Source: Marinilabiliaceae bacterium (lineage in GTDB: Bacteria; Bacteroidota; Bacteroidia; Bacteroidales; VadinHA17). Taken from it: a stretch of DNA of 64,000 nucleotides. The notes beneath the pieces were generated by a model. The model did no database searches, was not told the origin of the DNA, and worked only from the letters and a program-made list of their open reading frames with translations. The DNA lies in NCBI GenBank assembly GCA_036350795.1, contig JAZBNV010000017.1:7941-71940 (forward strand), read 5' to 3'. Position numbers and translations under genes: made by a program. Shown in pieces: positions 59,362-64,000 of this stretch (position 1 is its first letter; every line of letters begins with the position of its first letter).

Positions 59362-60198
59362 TTATAGTAAATACCCCAGGGCCATCAGGGCAAAGAAAAG
59401 TACGATAAAGATATTGCTCAGTATAAAAGCCCTTGTAAGGGTTTTACGTTTGAAGATACTTAGATTACACATTATAATAAAAACTAAACAGAGTGCCAGT
59501 AATATCCATTTTATTGCTGTGACCGGGTTGAGACCAAAAAACGGAAACGAAAGAGCAAGGAGAGTTCCCAGAATTATCCATGCACTCACAACCCGTCTTA
59601 CCTGGCCCTGATTCATTATTGACAGGATACTTTTAAAACCTGCCTTCTGATAGTCTTCGTTGTATTTGATTACTAGTATCCAGAAGTGCGGGACCTGCCA
59701 CATAAACATAAGAACCGAGAGAAAAACCACCTGGGCTCTCAGTTCTGTCGCTCCTGCAGCAAACCATCCTATCAGTGGCGGCAGGGCACCTACCAGGGCT
59801 CCGGGTATTATGGCCAGGTAGGAAATCCTTTTCAGCCTGGTGTAAACCAGGTTATAGAGAAGAATATTTACAAGACCCAGAATGGCGGCGGCAGTACTTA
59901 AAAACAGCAGCAGGAGGCTGCCGGCCAGGATCATTAGCGCCGAAGCAAAAAGAGCATTAAGGGGACTGATTGTACCGGAGGGCAGGGGCCTGTTCGAAGT
60001 TCTCTCCATAAGAGAGTCATATTCTTTTTCCTGGTACTGGTTGAGTATGGATGCGCCTGATGCCAGTAAAAAGATACCGAAAGCAGTAAGAGCAAGGCCA
60101 GGGTCGATATTGCCTGACTGTATAAGGTATAAGCTAAGTCCGGTAATGGTAACTGCCAGGCTCAGTTTATATTTAATAAGTTGGAGCCAGGCTTTCAT
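59362..60198 (-). CDS. ctaB: Protoheme IX farnesyltransferase (heme O synthase)
   Basis: 278 aa. UbiA-family polytopic protein with NQYQEKEYDSLMERTSNRPLPSG motif. Last gene of the oxidase string. Confidence 0.85.
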   Translation of the reverse strand: MKAWLQLIKYKLSLAVTITGLSLYLIQSGNIDPGLALTAFGIFLLASGASILNQYQEKEYDSLMERTSNRPLPSGTISPLNALFASALMILAGSLLLLFLSTAAAILGLVNILLYNLVYTRLKRISYLAIIPGALVGALPPLIGWFAAGATELRAQVVFLSVLMFMWQVPHFWILVIKYNEDYQKAGFKSILSIMNQGQVRRVVSAWIILGTLLALSFPFFGLNPVTAIKWILLALCLVFIIMCNLSIFKRKTLTRAFILSNIFIVLFFALMALGYLL

Positions 60199-60201
60199 AA
60201 G

Positions 60202-61119
60202 CTATTTTATAGTCTTGATATAGTCTATCATCAGCTCAATTTCTTCTTCAGTAAGAGTGTTTTTATACGATTGCATCAGGCCTTTTGCATATCCCTTCAC
60301 CATATCGGCCTCCGGATCGATTATCGACAACTTAAGGTATTCTTCATCAACGCTTATTGTTCTTTCCTCACCACTGGTGATAACAATTTGCTCAGTCCCG
60401 AAAACACCTTTAAAACTGGGGCCTACTAGTTTGGACCCATCCTGTGAATGGCATGCCAGGCAACCCGTATTTTTCAGGAGTGTAAGTCCGGGTGCTTCGG
60501 GGATATTTCCAGTTGCTTCAAGATCTGCTAACCAGGTCGCAAAATCGGTTGAATCAACCACCCTTGTTTTGGAAGTCATTGATGAGTGAAGCAAACCGCA
60601 GTATTCTGTACATAGTATCTCGTAGTCGCCAATATAATAGGGAGTAAACCAGAGATAGTTATTGTAGCCCGGAACAACATCTTCCTTAACCCTGAAGGCC
60701 GGGATAAAGAGGCTGTGGTTAACATCTTCGGAGATAAGGTTAAGGCGTACGGGTTTATTAACGGGTATTACCAGTTCTTTTGACAGTTTACCGTCGCCAT
60801 AATCAAATTCCCATTCCCACATGCGGCCAATAGCGTTTATTACCATTGCATCGTCAGGTACATTACGCATAGGTGCAAATCCGACCCAGCCATAGTAGAA
60901 CATCAGTAGTACCAGGATGGTCGGAACTGCGGTCCAGATAACTTCGAGTTTAACACTCCCGGAGAACTGTTTTGCGGGCTTGTTTTTCTTACGGTTATAT
61001 TTAATAAGGGTATAGATCATAAAGGCTGTTATGCCTATTATGAATATGAAAGCTATTAAAAAGATAAATGCAAAAGCCCTGTCTACTCCCTCTGCCAAAT
61101 TTGATGCACCGTTAAACAT
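60202..61119 (-). CDS. ctaC: Cytochrome c oxidase subunit II with fused C-terminal cytochrome c (caa3 type)
   Basis: 305 aa. Two TM helices, complete CuA ligand set (VNHS ... CTEYCGLLHSSM), and C-terminal heme c site CLACHS. Confidence 0.9.
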   Translation of the reverse strand: MFNGASNLAEGVDRAFAFIFLIAFIFIIGITAFMIYTLIKYNRKKNKPAKQFSGSVKLEVIWTAVPTILVLLMFYYGWVGFAPMRNVPDDAMVINAIGRMWEWEFDYGDGKLSKELVIPVNKPVRLNLISEDVNHSLFIPAFRVKEDVVPGYNNYLWFTPYYIGDYEILCTEYCGLLHSSMTSKTRVVDSTDFATWLADLEATGNIPEAPGLTLLKNTGCLACHSQDGSKLVGPSFKGVFGTEQIVITSGEERTISVDEEYLKLSIIDPEADMVKGYAKGLMQSYKNTLTEEEIELMIDYIKTIK

Positions 61120-61130
61120 AGTTGTATATT

Positions 61131-61415
61131 TTATCTTAATAAATAATCAATAAATGTAATTAGTACCACCACGGCAAAGAGGGCAAAGACTCCCGCAACC
61201 ATAGCGCGTATTATTTTACTCTCGTGCTTCAGGTGCATAAAATAAATAAGCACCAGTGTCACCTTTGCAGAAGCCAGAAGCAGGGCCACGCCTACTGAAA
61301 AAGTGCTGAAGTTAATCTGCGTAACCAGAACAGAAATAAGTGTGAAAGTCAGTAAAATCACCAGGATAACTGCGTGCGACCTGTAAGAGCTTATATGATG
61401 TTTTTCGTTTTCCAT
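61131..61415 (-). CDS. Cytochrome c oxidase subunit IV (prokaryotic COX4/CyoD-like)
   Basis: Start moved to the ATG at 61415 (MENEKHH...), which avoids a 40-nt overlap with subunit III. Three TM helices. Confidence 0.7.
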   Translation of the reverse strand: MENEKHHISSYRSHAVILVILLTFTLISVLVTQINFSTFSVGVALLLASAKVTLVLIYFMHLKHESKIIRAMVAGVFALFAVVVLITFIDYLLR

Positions 61416-61426
61416 AGTTATGTATA

Positions 61427-62041
61427 TTAAGTTACCAGGTAAAGCAGTGGGAAAAGGAATATCCATATCAGGTCGACAAGGTGCCAGTAAAGCCCGCTGT
61501 TTTCAAGGAAGCCGACCCGCTCGCTGTGTACTTTTCCTGATTTTACTTTAAATACATTGATGGTAAGCAGCACCATTCCTACCAACACATGAAGGGCATG
61601 CAGCCCGGTCATCATAAAGTAAAGCCCGAAGAAAAGAATTTCTCCTTTCGGAAGATGCAACATCAGGTCGGAACCGGGATAAAGATGGTGTTCAAATTTG
61701 TACGACCATTCGAAGTATTTATTTACCATAAACACCAGTGCCAGCAGGATGGTAATAAAAATAAGCAGGATGGCAAGTTTGCTGTTTTTTTTCTGTACAG
61801 CGGTGATCGACATAGCCACTGTCATACTGCTTACCAGCAGCACCACGGTATTGAGTGTCCCGATAAAGGCATTTAATTCTTCGCCGGCATGGTGAAAATC
61901 GGCAGAATACTTATTCCTGAAAACAGCATATACCAGGAATAGCCCCCCAAATAGAAAGAGTTCGGTAAAAAGGAAAAGCCACATTCCAATTTTCGACCCT
62001 TCGGGATCATAGTGTTCGTCGTGTGAAAGAGTGCTGCTCAT
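61427..62041 (-). CDS. ctaE: Cytochrome c oxidase subunit III
   Basis: 204 aa with five TM helices. Family-typical FFGLYFMMTGLHALHVLVG and YWHLVDLIWIFLFPLLY. Confidence 0.88.
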   Translation of the reverse strand: MSSTLSHDEHYDPEGSKIGMWLFLFTELFLFGGLFLVYAVFRNKYSADFHHAGEELNAFIGTLNTVVLLVSSMTVAMSITAVQKKNSKLAILLIFITILLALVFMVNKYFEWSYKFEHHLYPGSDLMLHLPKGEILFFGLYFMMTGLHALHVLVGMVLLTINVFKVKSGKVHSERVGFLENSGLYWHLVDLIWIFLFPLLYLVT

Positions 62042-62055
62042 AAGTGTCTGAGGTT

Positions 62056-63672
62056 TTAATCTTCATCGGTACTCTTATCGAAGAGGTAGGGTTTATGTTT
62101 TATTTCCGGGATCTCATCAAAATTCTCCAGTGGAGGAGGAGAGGGGATTAACCAGTCGAGAGTGACACCCTTCCATGGATTGGCAGGAGCAACTTCTCCT
62201 TTCCTCCTGTGGTATACCAGGTTACTTACCATTATTATCAGGCCGCTTACCAGGATAAATGCCCCGACGGTTGATATCATATGGCCGGTCTGGAATTGTG
62301 GCAGGTAATCAAAATAGCGCCTTGGCATGCCCTGGATGCCAATAATAAAGAGGGGGAAATACAGAACATTAAAGCCGACAAAGGTAAAGCCCCAGCCCCA
62401 GTATGCCCAGCGGTTACTGTACATGCGACCGTAGATTTTAGGGAACCAGTAATGGATGCCTGCAAAAAATGCAAAGCCCATTCCGCCGAAGATTATATAA
62501 TGGAAATGAGCGACCACAAATGAAGTATCGTGTGTCTGGACGTTTGTTGCAAGTGCACCGAGTGTCAGGCCTGTAAAACCACCAATCATAAACAGGAAAA
62601 TAAATGAAATAGCGTATAGAAGCGGTGGTTTAAGGTCTATTGAACCTCCGTACATGGTAGATACCCAGTTAAACACCTTTATAGCACTTGGCACGGCTAC
62701 AATAAAGGTCAGAAATGAGAAGAACCACCTCGACCAGTAGCTAATACCGGTTGTAAACATATGATGGCCCCACACGAAATAACCTACAAGTGCTATGGCA
62801 AGACTTGATATTGCAATTGCTCCATAGCCAAAGACCGGTTTCTGGCTGAAGGTGGGAAATATTTCTGTTACCACACCCATAGCAGGCAGTATCATTACAT
62901 ACACAGCAGGGTGGGAATAGATCCAGAAAAGGTGCTGGAAGAGCAATGGGTCGCCTCCCAGGGCAGGGTCGAAGAAGCCTATGCTTAGTGTTCTTTCTGC
63001 AATTACCATCAGCAGTGTAATTCCTACAATAGGGGTGGCCAGAACCTGTATCCATGCTGTTGCATAAAGCGACCAGGGAAATAAAGGCATCTTAAACCAG
63101 GTCATGCCCGGTGCTCTCATCCTGTGCATGGTTACTATAAAATTCAGTCCTGTAAGGATAGATGAAAAGCCAAGCACAAATGCGGCTGTAAGGGCCCATA
63201 TAACACTTGTGGATGATTCTGCACTGTAAGGCACATAGAAAGTCCAGCCGGTATCGGGTGATCCTCCTCCAATAAATTGTGACAGTACTCCCAGTACTGA
63301 GCCTGTTAGCCACAGGTACCACGAAAAGAGGTTCAGTTTAGGGAAGGCAACATCTTTGGCTCCTATCATTATGGGGAGGAAAAAATTGCCGAATACTGCC
63401 GCAAGACCCGGGATCACAACTATAAAGATCATAATTATGCCGTGTATTGTAAATATCCCGTTGTAGGTCTGGGCACTCATTATGTCCTGGCCTGGTGCGA
63501 ATTTTTCAATTCTCATAAGCAGTCCAAGTGCAGCAGCAACAAAGAAAAAAACTATTATCCCGTACATATAGAGCAGGCCAATCTTTTTATGATCGGTTGA
63601 CGTAAGCCAGCCTAAAATACCGGAGTATTTGCCTTTATGTTCAAGATAACTTTCGTGTGTGTATGTGCTCAT
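62056..63672 (-). CDS. ctaD: Cytochrome c oxidase subunit I
   Basis: Start moved to the ATG at 63672 (MSTYTHE...), 10 nt after the SCO stop. Heme-copper oxidase motifs WFFSHP-like LFWIYSHPAVYVMILP and HFHYIIFGG. Confidence 0.95.
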   Translation of the reverse strand: MSTYTHESYLEHKGKYSGILGWLTSTDHKKIGLLYMYGIIVFFFVAAALGLLMRIEKFAPGQDIMSAQTYNGIFTIHGIIMIFIVVIPGLAAVFGNFFLPIMIGAKDVAFPKLNLFSWYLWLTGSVLGVLSQFIGGGSPDTGWTFYVPYSAESSTSVIWALTAAFVLGFSSILTGLNFIVTMHRMRAPGMTWFKMPLFPWSLYATAWIQVLATPIVGITLLMVIAERTLSIGFFDPALGGDPLLFQHLFWIYSHPAVYVMILPAMGVVTEIFPTFSQKPVFGYGAIAISSLAIALVGYFVWGHHMFTTGISYWSRWFFSFLTFIVAVPSAIKVFNWVSTMYGGSIDLKPPLLYAISFIFLFMIGGFTGLTLGALATNVQTHDTSFVVAHFHYIIFGGMGFAFFAGIHYWFPKIYGRMYSNRWAYWGWGFTFVGFNVLYFPLFIIGIQGMPRRYFDYLPQFQTGHMISTVGAFILVSGLIIMVSNLVYHRRKGEVAPANPWKGVTLDWLIPSPPPLENFDEIPEIKHKPYLFDKSTDED

Positions 63673-63682
63673 ATTGATGGTT

Positions 63683-64000
63683 TTATTTTTTACGTCTTTT
63701 CCTGATAACCAGAACCAGGAAGCCAAGCAAGAGTATAAATAACATAAAACTGCCTACTATCCTTGTTACCTGCAAGGTATAGGTTCTTCCATTTGGGTCG
63801 TAGGCAAAACAGTATTCAAGTATTTTATTGATTGTTGGTCGTTCAATACCCTGCTGTGCCTCTATAACAGCCATTTTAACATCGAAGGGAAGGAAGTTTA
63901 TCCCGTAAAGGTAGCGGGTTATTTTGCCCTGGGGGCTTAGCAGGATAATGGCTGAAGGATGCGCAAAGTCAAGTCCCTGTGGTTTATATTTAAATCCGAC
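63683..64000 (-). CDS. SCO1/SenC-family copper chaperone (5'-truncated by the window edge)
   Basis: The frame stays open to position 64000 (VGFKYKPQGLDFAHPSAIILLSPQGKITRYLYG...). C-terminal TM anchor. Position upstream of the oxidase genes fits this call. Confidence 0.7.
   Translation of the reverse strand, partial: VGFKYKPQGLDFAHPSAIILLSPQGKITRYLYGINFLPFDVKMAVIEAQQGIERPTINKILEYCFAYDPNGRTYTLQVTRIVGSFMLFILLLGFLVLVIRKRRKK

Overview
This 64-kb window is a chromosomal segment from a Bacteroidota-type genome. The evidence is T9SS C-terminal sorting domains, CarboxypepD_reg-type TonB-dependent receptors, TAnnTTTG -7 promoter boxes, and acpP-fabF-rnc / sigma-54 activator-lptE-secG-groESL synteny. 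Most of it is core housekeeping: SufE/DUF59/QueG, GroES/GroEL, LepA, LeuRS, AspRS, MiaB, TadA, DprA, two glutamate dehydrogenase paralogues, RNase III/FabF/ACP/PurN, an ExbB-ExbD-ExbD cluster, tRNA-Arg(CCG), tRNA-Ser(GGA), and a caa3-type cytochrome c oxidase cluster with SCO and heme O synthase. Regulators include two ECF sigma factors, an OmpR-type and a LytTR-type two-component system, and a receiver-less sigma-54 activator. I found no rRNA, CRISPR array, integrase, transposase or recognisable defence genes. The only clearly accessory segment is a low-GC four-gene cassette at about 49.1-51.4 kb, between miaB and a GH92 mannosidase gene. All four products are exported or lipoproteins: a 6-bladed beta-propeller, a CxxC thioredoxin-like protein, a small secreted protein, and a DUF1573 protein. 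The cassette is flanked by a 500-bp non-coding stretch on one side and a tandem-repeat/palindrome on the other, and an A8 tract sits in an internal 68-nt gene overlap. Other points worth a second look: an orphan sigma-54-like promoter plus terminator in a 366-bp spacer (possible sRNA); a duplicated tRNA-Arg 3' end; short tandem word repeats just upstream of several promoters; a long REP-like inverted repeat; and a CAGAT motif array next to the LytTR system. All functional calls come from reading the translated ORFs and known family motifs. No database search was run.
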